From the NCBI GenBank assembly GCA_964106915.2, contig OZ066916.1: a DNA stretch of 64,000 nt; one strand, 5' to 3'. Each line of letters opens with the position of its first letter. Positions within the stretch are counted from its first letter, which is position 1. This DNA comes from Podarcis gaigeae (Eukaryota). Positions 36,191 to 46,700 of this stretch are shown here, one piece after another. Under the pieces are notes generated by a model. That model was not told the origin of the DNA. It did not search any database and saw only the letters and a list, made by a program, of their open reading frames with translations. Position numbers and translations under genes: made by a program.

Positions 36191-39063
36191 TCACAATTTG
36201 TTTCCGTTTTACCACATTGTCAATTCATGTGCATAGGCAAACTCTTACCATCTTGCTATTCAGTATCGTTTTCTACTTTAATGCAATTTTCACATTGAAC
36301 TGTCTGAACTAAAAGAACTTCTCTCAACATGAACTAACATCAATTAAGTTACCCGTTGCATTTTTAAACTATAATTCTATCAGTAAAATGAAGGCATTTA
36401 GAATTTAAAAAAAATGTTTTTCCCCTTTCCTTTTGGAGCATTCTTATACATGAAGTAGGAGTTTCAATCCAACTTTGTGAGGGGAAAAGCATAGTCATGG
36501 TAGGTAATATGGATAAGAAAATAACAAGAGATTGTGGTGTAATGCAGGGATGGCCAATGTGGTACACCTTCCAGATACTGTTGGACTAAAACTCCCATCA
36601 GCCCCAGAAAGCATGGCTTTTGGCCAGGGATTTTGGGAACTGTAACCCAACATCTGGAAGACATTGGAAAACACCAGTGTGGAAGAGATACCTCCTCAGC
36701 TCTGAAGCTCATTGGGTAGCCTTAATCTAGTCACCATTTCTTAGCTCAATATACCTCATAGAACTGTTGATTATTATAAAATGGACAGAAGAGAGAGCCT
36801 GTAACTCCTTGAAGGATAAAATTGGAAGAAATATCAGATGAAACCAGTGTTTATTGGATTTCACTGGAATAAGTTATGAGAGGCAGAAAATGTTTACTAA
36901 ACTTACTTCTTTGATCAAAACCACGAATCCACAGATGTGTGCAGCTGCAACAGCAGTGTGACCTCTACTGCACCTGTTGATATTCCAAGCAAAGTAAGAA
37001 GCATGTCTTTGCTGCCCCACCACCTGAAATCCTGTTCATATATACTATCAAGCAGAGTACAGAACTGTAGCAGCAGAGTTGGCTTCCGAGTTGTCAGTAA
37101 CCTATGGATACAGACAAGCAAAGCAACCACAATCCCACCTCTTCCTTTATGCTATCTTGCTTCTGATATTGGTAATGGTGGTTGCTAGCAGCAATTCCTA
37201 CTTTTGTACCTGTGTAATGTTCTGGGTCAGCACAGAAGTGCGAGCGCAACAGTGTAACAGTGTAGGGTGAACAACTGATAGTACAAGTTAATTGTATTTC
37301 CACCATAAATACTTATTTACTTAATTCAACTGCATTTTAAATTAGCATAAACCCTTTTTCTGTTTTTTAACAGTTCATTCATATCCCACTTTACAAACAC
37401 TAACTTTATTTGTGGACATCTTTTAAAACATAATGGGGGGGGGGAAACAGAAGTTTTCAAAGCATTTTTACCATACTGTTTTCTTTTAAAATTGAAAGAA
37501 CGTAAGTTACACACCATGTTTAACCTGCTGAATATTTAAGCAAAGTTTTCTCATAATGCTGCATAATTCATGGCTTGATTTAATTTCCAGTGTGCTGAAA
37601 ATGGGAAATTAACTGAAGAATCAGTTGTCTGAATGTTCACAAAAAGCAACTTGTAGAACCACTTATTTAAAGAACAAAGGGGAAAATGGCAATATCTTTG
37701 ATATATTGGGTTTATTTTAGATTTACAGATAAACCTTTTATATAGATCCATGCAAACGTTTACTTCATATCTTGACAAGCTGAATAAGTGAAAAACCTTC
37801 ACAAAACAGTATTTTGCGGCTCAGGGGTTCATTCAGGCATGTAATGTCTGGGTATGTGAAGTGAATCCAATCCTGAGAGCAAAGTTGAGATCTTCTATTT
37901 CTTCTGAGCTGGGCAGCTGCTAAACAATTCAACACAAATAGTTACTGCATTACAATACAATGAAATGAAATGTGATTTCAAATCATGTAAGTGACCTCAA
38001 TATGCAGAGTCCAGTTGTTGGGCCACAGCCTTACCAAATAGTTTCCGTCTCCAAAAGTGAGTTGGTAGATTTTTCTTCTTTGCTCAGCGAGATGATATCC
38101 ACACACACAGTAACATGGCATTACATTCTAGATTACAGATGCAATTCAACAACGTAATTACAAGTCAAAAATGCAGAACAATCTTTATGCATTTTACATT
38201 TTGTGCAACAAAACATGCATAACATTTCAAATAAACTTTCTGCTCAAATGTTTCAGCAAGAGCCTTCTTTTTTCTTCAAGTTCAGAACAGGTGTTCTTGC
38301 GCTTGTCACTGTTGCACTTGGAATGTTACTTACAAAAGCTGTGTAAATCAGAAACCAATAAAATAGTCAAAGAAAAATGCAAAAAAACCACAAAACCCAT
38401 ATATGCCCCAACAGCAATAAACCCTCCAAAGGTCCACATACACACTGGCTGCATTCCCACAAAATGCCAAACTATTGTTTAAGCATTACAAGGAAAATCT
38501 GCAGCAAGCCGTGAGCTCACTTGTTACCACCTTTTTCCTCCAGTAGTCATGACATTTGGAAACTTTCACTTCCATTTTAGACCAACTGTAGCTTAGCTTG
38601 TCTTGCTGTCCATATCCAGAGAAAATGGAGCTAGTCCTATGGTTGGTGGAAACAAGCCAACTTCATATCATAGTTTATGAAGCTTAAGATTAACCACAGT
38701 TTGTGTTTCAGACATAATGTGAAACTGTGATTAATGCAACGTTCAATTTCCTCACAGTCACACCAGGAGAGGTAAAATGAAGTGTGCAAGCTAAAGATTC
38801 ACTGTTATGCATTCTGATAATGCTAAACCATGGTTCTGTATTATATGTGAAGGTTAGTTATAGATGAGTAATTGCATTTTAACTGCAAGAAATAGAAATG
38901 AAATGTTCTAAGTTCAACAAATAAATGTTTATACAATCCAATATGTACAATGGTGTATATTTTTCAGGGCAAATGAAGTTCAGGCTTTAGCAAATATCTA
39001 CTTCAAAAATATCTAACATATCAAACTCAAACAGAATATTTACAAAATCTACACAACAGCTAC

Positions 39064-42000
39064 TCAAACATCAGTATTATCTGAACTTACCAGGTACTCT
39101 GCAGAGCTTTCAGTTACTTCTGAAGTCAACTTACTGTTAATCTCATATCTACTATCATTATTTTCCACTTCATCTGTCTTGTTTAACTCCCTTGCAGATG
39201 CCTGCATCTCATTCTTGACAATGTACAATTCGTTGTCACCTGAGCCCCCCACTTCTACAGATGTTTTCTGTAGATCTAGAAGGAAGGATTCCTTGCACTC
39301 AGTTGCTTGGCATTGTACGTTTTTTTCGTCGCTACTCAATGGTAGCATATCAGAAGTGCTGTCTCTGCTAACATCTGATTGCAATACCATGGAAACTGGA
39401 GGCATGCCCTGCATTTCAATGAGTGACATGCTTGGTCCAGCAGTGCTACCATTTGATGCAGGAGACACTATGTCTGGGACAATTACATCAGAAACCAAGG
39501 AGCAAAATTTATCCTCTTCCTCACCAGATGCTAACTCAACAAAAGCAATCATTTCTGGTTCAATTGTAGGTTGCTCAATGCCCAATTCTCTAGTTTTGTT
39601 GGACCCTAAAGAAATGGATGAAATGGTTTCTAACTTTGGACTCCCTACAATATCCTCATTCAGAATTTCAGATGGTAGGATGCCCAGATGTTCACGTTCT
39701 ACCTCAATATCTCCCAGACTAAAATTAATGGTTTCTATTTCCAGGCTTGGTTTCAATCTAGGAGAATCATTAGGCTTTATTTCTCCAGACTTTGGAGAAG
39801 GGGTTGTAGAATGATCAAAGTTAAGTTCTGAATAAGTGCTATTCAAGTCCAAGTCACCAGCTGCTGAGGTATCCAAGATCCCAGTGTTCATGTCTGTAAA
39901 TGTAAAGGCTACCTCTCCAAGATGCTCAACACTGATTTCTGTTGGAAGAGCACCTAGTGGTTCTTGAACCATCTCTGGCTGAACACTGGAAAAGTGAGTG
40001 CTATATGTTTCTACAGAACCTCTCTCTGCGTTGTCATTTAAACTGAGATCAGATTCAGAAGGCCCACACCCATTATTTTTTATAAACATTAATTCTGCAC
40101 TGGAATGAAGTTCATCATTTGCAGAAGACATACTGCCCAAAGTTTCAGCTTCCTTAGCTTGGGAATCCTTGGTTTCACAGCTTAATGGATGCTGACTAAT
40201 TTCTTCATGTTTCCCTAGTGTACTGCTTATCATTGTTACGTTAACAAGGCACTCATTTGACATCTCTTCTGATACTGGAACACCAACTACATTACAATTT
40301 TCATCATCGTTTGGTTGAGAACTAGTCAACAATTTTTGTTCATTATTTATACAGGAATTATTAAATTCATCTGTATTTAAAGGCTTCAACCCAGGATCTA
40401 TGTTCTGGACCTCTGAAGTCTGTGGCCTTTCATCACTGATTGCTGATTCAAGCCTATCAAGGCCCACATTGCCCCATTTTAGATCCAATAATGGTTCTTT
40501 ATTGGAACTCTGATCTATCATTGCTATTTGAGGATTTTTCTTATTCACTTTTGAAGATGAGGTTGGCTCCCATGCCAGTGGACTCTGAACACGCACCTCT
40601 GAAACCCACATAGAAATTGTTGATTCAGAGCTGTCATCAAGTTGCTTATCTTCTGTTATAGTATGGCCTTCTCCCTTAGGGGTATCAATTTGTGTTTCAA
40701 ATAACCGAGACTCCTGCTCCTGACTAACAACAAACTGATGTCCTGCAAATTCTGAATGTTCTCCTCCTACATCTCTCTCACCTAAACTTGTCAAATATGC
40801 TTTCATCTCCAAACTTTTACTGATCTTGTTTAATTTGGATTTATCCATTTTCTGCTGGTCTTGTGACTCGTCGCTGATGTCTGTGCCACTTGCCACACCA
40901 ACATCTTCAGCTGTAAAGTCAGTCTCATTTTCTGCCATTTGCATTATTAACTCTTTCTTACCAGGAAATTTAAACTCTGCCATCTCATGCCCCCGAGGTT
41001 TATTGCTAACATCTTTTAGAAGAGCCTCTTGGTCTTCTGACAATTGCAGTGCTAATTCTTTATCATCAGGAGATTTATACTCTGCTGCCCTGCACTCCAA
41101 TGAATTCTGGCAAAATTCTTCCAAAGAAGTATTGCTTTCTGGCAACTGCATGGCTAATCCTGCTGTCTTAAATTCAGCTCGTTTCTTGCTAACATCGTGC
41201 TCTTTTAAAAGAGCAACATGGTCTTCTGACATATGTAAGCCTAATTCCTTATCATCTGGAAATTTAAAGTCTGTTGTCTCAAAGTCTGCAGGTTTGTTGC
41301 AAAAATCATCCAAAGGAAAAACACTGCTTTCTGACAACTGCACTGTTAGTTCTTTATCGTCAGGAGATTTAACGCCTGTTGTCTTAAGGCCTGTGGGCTT
41401 GTTGGTAACATCATCCAAAGGAGGAACACTGCTCTCTGGCAACCGCATAGCAAATTCTGCTGTCTCCAGTTCCGATGACTTCTTATTATCATGTTCCTGT
41501 GACAACTGCATTGCTGATTCTTTATCATCAAGAAATTTAAACACTGCTTCCTCACACACAGATGAATTCTTATAAAGTTCTTCCAAAGGAGAAGCATTGC
41601 TTTCTGGCAACTGCATGGCTAATTCTGCAGTCTCCAGCTCTGATGGCTTCTTGCTAACATCTTCTAAGAGATCAACATGGTTTTCTGACAATTTCATTTC
41701 CAATTCTTTATCATCATCAGATTTAAAATCTGTTGTCACAAGATCAGTGGGTTTGTTGCTAAAGTCATCCAAAGAAGGAACACTGCTTTCTGGCAACTGC
41801 AGCACAAATTCTGCTGTCCCCAGCTCAGATGGCTTCTTAGTACCAGGTTCCAGGGACAACTGCATTGTTAATTCATCATCATCAGGAGATTTAACCTCTG
41901 CTGCCTCACATACTGAGGAATTCTTGTAGAGTTCTTCCAAAGGAGAAGCATTGCTTTCTGGCAACTGCATAGCTAACTCTATTGTTTCAAGTTCAGATGG

Positions 42001-43788
42001 TTTCTTGCTAACATCTTCTAAAAGAGCAACACGATCTACTGACAACTGCACTGCTAATTCTTTATCATCATCAGATTTAAAATCTGTTGTCTCAGGGGCA
42101 TTTACTGAAAAATCATTGGATTCATATTTTAATACTGACTGTGCATCTGAAAGAGAGATTTTCTTTGAATCCCTCTCAACACCAGTTTTAAAGTTTTCTT
42201 CATAGGCTGCCAAAAGTTTCTCAACTTCAGCATCATCTGTTTCTGGGGTCTTGTCATTTAAAGGGATTTTGTTAACATCTGAGGTACTGTGTATGTTTTG
42301 TAGAGTTTCTTGTGTGACAGGCTTGCTGCTTGGTTTGGGATCTGCCAGCTGGTCTGTTTTTTCCTGTCTCTCAACAGGATTTGATTTAATTTTATCTGAC
42401 GTTGCAGAGTTCACAGACTTGCTATCAGCTGGACTCCTCCCACTGCGGTTGTAGAAAATATCGTATAGATCTTTGGCATTACCTGCTGCCAGGCAAGAGT
42501 TCTTTTTCTCCAGTTTTTTAACATGGTCTCTGAATATAGTTGGTGGTGGCAAAGGATGGGGACACATGGGCACTGCCAGTATGTTTTTATCATCCTCAGA
42601 CACACCAGGAGCCATGTCATCTGCAAGGATGGTTGCTTGCTTTGGTGGCACTGCGGGTGGAGGTGGGAATGCCATTGCTGGTGGTACTGGCAGTGCTACT
42701 GACAGCGGTGGTCCTGATGGCGGTGGAAGTAGAGGACGCCGCCGATTAGGTCTCTCAAAAATACCCAATCTTGTAACTTGCTCCTTTATCACAGCAGCAA
42801 GTTCCCGTGCCTTTGCTTGTGCTTTTGCCACAACATTTGCTTGCTCCTGTGCCTTTGCTGCTTGTTCCTGTGCTATTGCTGCGGTCGCCTTTGCATTTTC
42901 CGCAGCTTTTGCATGTTCTACAGCCCGGGACACAGCTTCATGATCAGGTTCCTCTGTTTGTTCTGGTACCGTTGCATTCTCCTGTGAACCCTTTAAAACT
43001 ACTACTTCTCCCCCAAATGCTTTCGAAATAATATCAGGAGGTAGAACAAGTTCTGGATTACCCTCTTTTACAACAGGAAGTGGCTTGGTGCTAGCACCAG
43101 AGGATTTTATGGATAAGAAAGTATTCAAAGGTGCAGGCTTGCTTACTGTTGCTGTTGCTGACTTTCTGAGAACCATCATGGGGGCTGGTAAATTGGGCCT
43201 GATTTTTGCTTGTGATGATGTTGAAACAACTGGTGTCCAGGGACTAGTGTGTGGGATAACAGTTTTCCCAGACAATTTAATTGCAATTGGCTTTGAATTT
43301 GTTTTTCCAGATTGTGACTTGCTTTCTTTATCTTTACTTTCCTCAAAGCTCTCCTCCTTAGGGGCAGTTACATCTTTGCCTTGATTTTTTTCATCTCTCT
43401 CAGTCTTCCTCCAGCTGAACTTTCCAAAAGATGTCATTCTTGACTCCTTTGGTGGTTCCTCTTTTTTCCCTTCCTTCTTTTCAACCTCTTTGTCATCTTT
43501 TTTCAATTTAAGCTTAATCCCACATTTCTCGCCATTAGAAACTCCTTTCCTTTTATTAGACTCATTTTCATTATCCCCATCTCCTAGTTCTTTGGAATTC
43601 TTTGGTTCCTCTTTACTTTTTCGTTCCTCTTTCCTTGCCACTTTTACTGCTTTTTCGTCTCTCTCTTCTTTTTGCTTTTCACACAGCTTCCGTTTCAACC
43701 GGCGTTCTGTTTCTTGAATCACAGACAATCCTGCCTGACGGTCAATGTTCCTTCTCTCTTCATAGAGTGGATTTTCATCCACATATTT
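39064..43788 (-). CDS. ZNF318: ZNF318 exon 10 (4725 nt coding)
   Basis: 1578-aa ORF; cacag acceptor before KYVDENPLYEERRN; TGA at 39066-39064. Confidence 0.95.
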   Translation of the reverse strand, partial: KYVDENPLYEERRNIDRQAGLSVIQETERRLKRKLCEKQKEERDEKAVKVARKEERKSKEEPKNSKELGDGDNENESNKRKGVSNGEKCGIKLKLKKDDKEVEKKEGKKEEPPKESRMTSFGKFSWRKTERDEKNQGKDVTAPKEESFEESKDKESKSQSGKTNSKPIAIKLSGKTVIPHTSPWTPVVSTSSQAKIRPNLPAPMMVLRKSATATVSKPAPLNTFLSIKSSGASTKPLPVVKEGNPELVLPPDIISKAFGGEVVVLKGSQENATVPEQTEEPDHEAVSRAVEHAKAAENAKATAAIAQEQAAKAQEQANVVAKAQAKARELAAVIKEQVTRLGIFERPNRRRPLLPPPSGPPLSVALPVPPAMAFPPPPAVPPKQATILADDMAPGVSEDDKNILAVPMCPHPLPPPTIFRDHVKKLEKKNSCLAAGNAKDLYDIFYNRSGRSPADSKSVNSATSDKIKSNPVERQEKTDQLADPKPSSKPVTQETLQNIHSTSDVNKIPLNDKTPETDDAEVEKLLAAYEENFKTGVERDSKKISLSDAQSVLKYESNDFSVNAPETTDFKSDDDKELAVQLSVDRVALLEDVSKKPSELETIELAMQLPESNASPLEELYKNSSVCEAAEVKSPDDDELTMQLSLEPGTKKPSELGTAEFVLQLPESSVPSLDDFSNKPTDLVTTDFKSDDDKELEMKLSENHVDLLEDVSKKPSELETAELAMQLPESNASPLEELYKNSSVCEEAVFKFLDDKESAMQLSQEHDNKKSSELETAEFAMRLPESSVPPLDDVTNKPTGLKTTGVKSPDDKELTVQLSESSVFPLDDFCNKPADFETTDFKFPDDKELGLHMSEDHVALLKEHDVSKKRAEFKTAGLAMQLPESNTSLEEFCQNSLECRAAEYKSPDDKELALQLSEDQEALLKDVSNKPRGHEMAEFKFPGKKELIMQMAENETDFTAEDVGVASGTDISDESQDQQKMDKSKLNKISKSLEMKAYLTSLGERDVGGEHSEFAGHQFVVSQEQESRLFETQIDTPKGEGHTITEDKQLDDSSESTISMWVSEVRVQSPLAWEPTSSSKVNKKNPQIAMIDQSSNKEPLLDLKWGNVGLDRLESAISDERPQTSEVQNIDPGLKPLNTDEFNNSCINNEQKLLTSSQPNDDENCNVVGVPVSEEMSNECLVNVTMISSTLGKHEEISQHPLSCETKDSQAKEAETLGSMSSANDELHSSAELMFIKNNGCGPSESDLSLNDNAERGSVETYSTHFSSVQPEMVQEPLGALPTEISVEHLGEVAFTFTDMNTGILDTSAAGDLDLNSTYSELNFDHSTTPSPKSGEIKPNDSPRLKPSLEIETINFSLGDIEVEREHLGILPSEILNEDIVGSPKLETISSISLGSNKTRELGIEQPTIEPEMIAFVELASGEEEDKFCSLVSDVIVPDIVSPASNGSTAGPSMSLIEMQGMPPVSMVLQSDVSRDSTSDMLPLSSDEKNVQCQATECKESFLLDLQKTSVEVGGSGDNELYIVKNEMQASARELNKTDEVENNDSRYEINSKLTSEVTESSAEYLVSSDNTDV

Positions 43789-46700
43789 CTGTGAAGACAA
43801 GGAAAAGTTTCAGGGCTGTTACTTAATGTGAAATTTCAGTAGTGGTACAGGTTTGTCTCCCTCAATATTTTATCTTCCTCATCACCACCCCACTACTAAT
43901 TGTACTTGCTGAGAAATGCAAGAGGGAGGAGAAAGAGTGGTTTTCCTAGACAATTATTATTCAGAATATCTACATTAGCAAAGCTCAGTCGGTATAGCAT
44001 GAGACACTCTCAGGTTCATAGGTTCATACAGTGACTCAAAAAGATTGAAAGTCCTTCCCAGCTCTACCTGGAGATGCCAGGGACAGAATTCAGAACCTTT
44101 TGCATATTAAGTATATGTCATGCCACTTAGCTATAGCTTCTCCTCCCTTTTGCAACAGAAAAAGACTTTAAGACTTCAATAAGATGACTTTGAAACATTT
44201 TTATTCAAAACGAATACTCCAGGTACCTTATATTTCTCATTATGTGGATTATTTTTCACATGTTGTTCTGCTGATATCTGATCTCCAAAAAATTCTTGGC
44301 ACAGCTGACAGTAATATCCAGTGACTGGGATTAGAAATTCAGAACCTGAAATGCCGCCCAAAACAATCAATTACAGAAATAAGATAAGAAGACACGCTAC
44401 AGCTTTGAACAACAAAAAATCCAAACAAAACACAAAAAGTACACACAAAAAAGCCCTACAATTGAAATGAGCCACTTAACCATGGATTCCACTTGAAACA
44501 AACTGATCTGAAGAATGGAAACTACACTTGTTCAACAATTCTTATCACTGTATACTTTGTTTATCATTTAAATACAAATTTATGTTGCATTTCAGTCCCC
44601 AACTAATTCAGTAACAGAGCAATTCATGCAAACAAAATAGCTGTCAGACGTTTACTTGGAAGTGACAGTCTTTAGTTAACACTAATAAGACAAAACATTT
44701 CTTGGCAGTAAGGTGAACAATCTGGCCCTCCTAAATACCACTTAAACTATAAAAAGCAACTTACCTTTGGCAGGAACTGGTATCTTGTCAATGCGTTTTG
44801 TAAGGTCTTGCTTTGTTTCAGTTTGAGCCTTCAAATCCCAAGGTCTGTTATATGGATCCAAGGTCTATTTACAATGACAAAAGAAATATTAAAATGAGGT
44901 CTGCTTTCCTGCCAAATGCTAAAAGCACTGAGGAAAAACAGAACTATACATACCAAGTGGGCATGTACTGAACTGTCTCACATATTGACACTCAAAATGA
45001 AGCTGGGATTCAAATAGTTACCCTCAGACATTGAATATGTAAGAAAATATAAAAGTTGTTCTGTTTGATGTTTAAAATATTGGTATCTTAATTTTGGGTT
45101 CAAAAAAACAGAGGGCGTCTTATACGTGGAAAAATATAGTAAGTGACAAACCATACCAAAAAGATTAGGAATAAGAACTTATTCCAAATAGTATTTTCTA
45201 AAAGGAAAGTTGATTGGCATGTAGTTATTTGCTTTCTACAAAACATTATTTTACAACTTGGAAGAGCAAATTAAAACTACTTAATGAAAACCCGATAGCA
45301 CACACCTGTCTGTGCTTCTTATTATGCATATGTGTGAAGAAATCAAACATGGTCCCACAGATGGTATTGCAGTCCTTGCACCAGTGGTTTCCCGTGTCAT
45401 AATAGTCATAAATATTCATTTCCTGGGAATGCTGTTTGGATGGCTGAAAATGAGATTCTGTAGACTTGGGGCTCCTGCACCCAGGTTTGTCATTAGTTTT
45501 TAAATCCTAAATTGGAAAAAAATGAAATATTACTAACTGTGGAATGACAGCCAGTGCCTCAAAACTAGCCTTTAGTAGAAACCACACAAAATATACATAT
45601 ATGTAACTATATATCACCTGCTTGTCAATGCCCAGGATAATTCCAACATTTCAGTGAGCTGGCACTACTGACTCAGATGTTGTTCAGTCAACAGGAAAGA
45701 ACTTCCAACGAGACTCAAGCATGTTGCCAAGGTTGCAGGTACTAAGCAATCAAGGGGTGACATCCCATGGAGTACACGGTGCATGTGTGCGGTATGCATA
45801 CTTAAGTACAAAATACTTAAGTACCAAATACCCAGCAACTCCCAATGAATTTGTAAGTTCTCAAAAACACTTAAAAGTCTTTGAAAAAGCCAGTCACTTT
45901 GCATACTCTCTCTATATGAAACAAAATAAAATAAACACACAGCTCTTCAGATACATGAAAGCTCATACCAATAACCAACCTAGGTGGTCTCTAAGGTGCT
46001 ACTGGAAGGATTTTTTTTTTTTTGTTTCGACTACGGCAGACCAACACGGCTACCTACCTGTAACTACTTTATATGATACACTCTATATTGTGGCAAAACG
46101 CAAGTGCTCAGGTTCTAAGGTTCTAAGCTGTCACTGAAGAAAGCTTGCAGCAGAAGAATCTGGTCTGTCTCAAACCTTGAATTACTGACTCTGCTATTGC
46201 ATTTAACATACATGAGAAATAGGGTCTATTATGTCATGCTGTTTGACTCTTTGATCCCCTAGAAGTATAATATATGTGATAAAACTTTAAAAATCCACAT
46301 CCCTAGGAAAGCCTCCCTAAACGAGTTGTAAAGAGTTGCAGGGGAAACATAAATTGCTCTTCCAACCTATTGTTAAGAACTGACTAGATCAGGAGACCAG
46401 AGTACCAACATAAGACCCTTGTATTCCAGTCAAGATACTTTAGTTTTTTCTTCCAAAAATGTTTAGGTCAGTCAGTGAATAAAAGCATTATGTTTAATGT
46501 TGTGTGCTCATATCCTCTAACTCCCTTCTTTGAGAATTATAAAGAATGTTTTGGCATTATATAGACATCCCCCTCCTCTTTCACTGATCTGCTTGCTCCC
46601 ACAAATAATGGGCTGTGAGCTCTAGAAACTGATTAGTTTTTACATGATTGTAAGAGCAGATATGCTGTGATCAAGCCAATGGCCCATCTAGTCTAGCATC

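Noticed and set aside
38035-38127. EGF-like (CxCxxGYxL) and Ig J-like (FGxG) motifs in a candidate exon
   Set aside because: Too short, the closing Cys and the rest of either domain are missing, and a chance match is likely. Kept only as a candidate exon.
40924-42090. Repeat-spacer-like periodicity suggesting a CRISPR array
   Set aside because: Eukaryotic in-frame coding repeat with diverged units and no unique spacers or cas genes.
39179-43717. Long plus-strand ORFs (211, 249, 156 aa and others) antisense to ZNF318 exon 10
   Set aside because: Shadow ORFs of a long biased coding exon and its repeats; Ser/Leu/Phe-rich with no recognisable domain.
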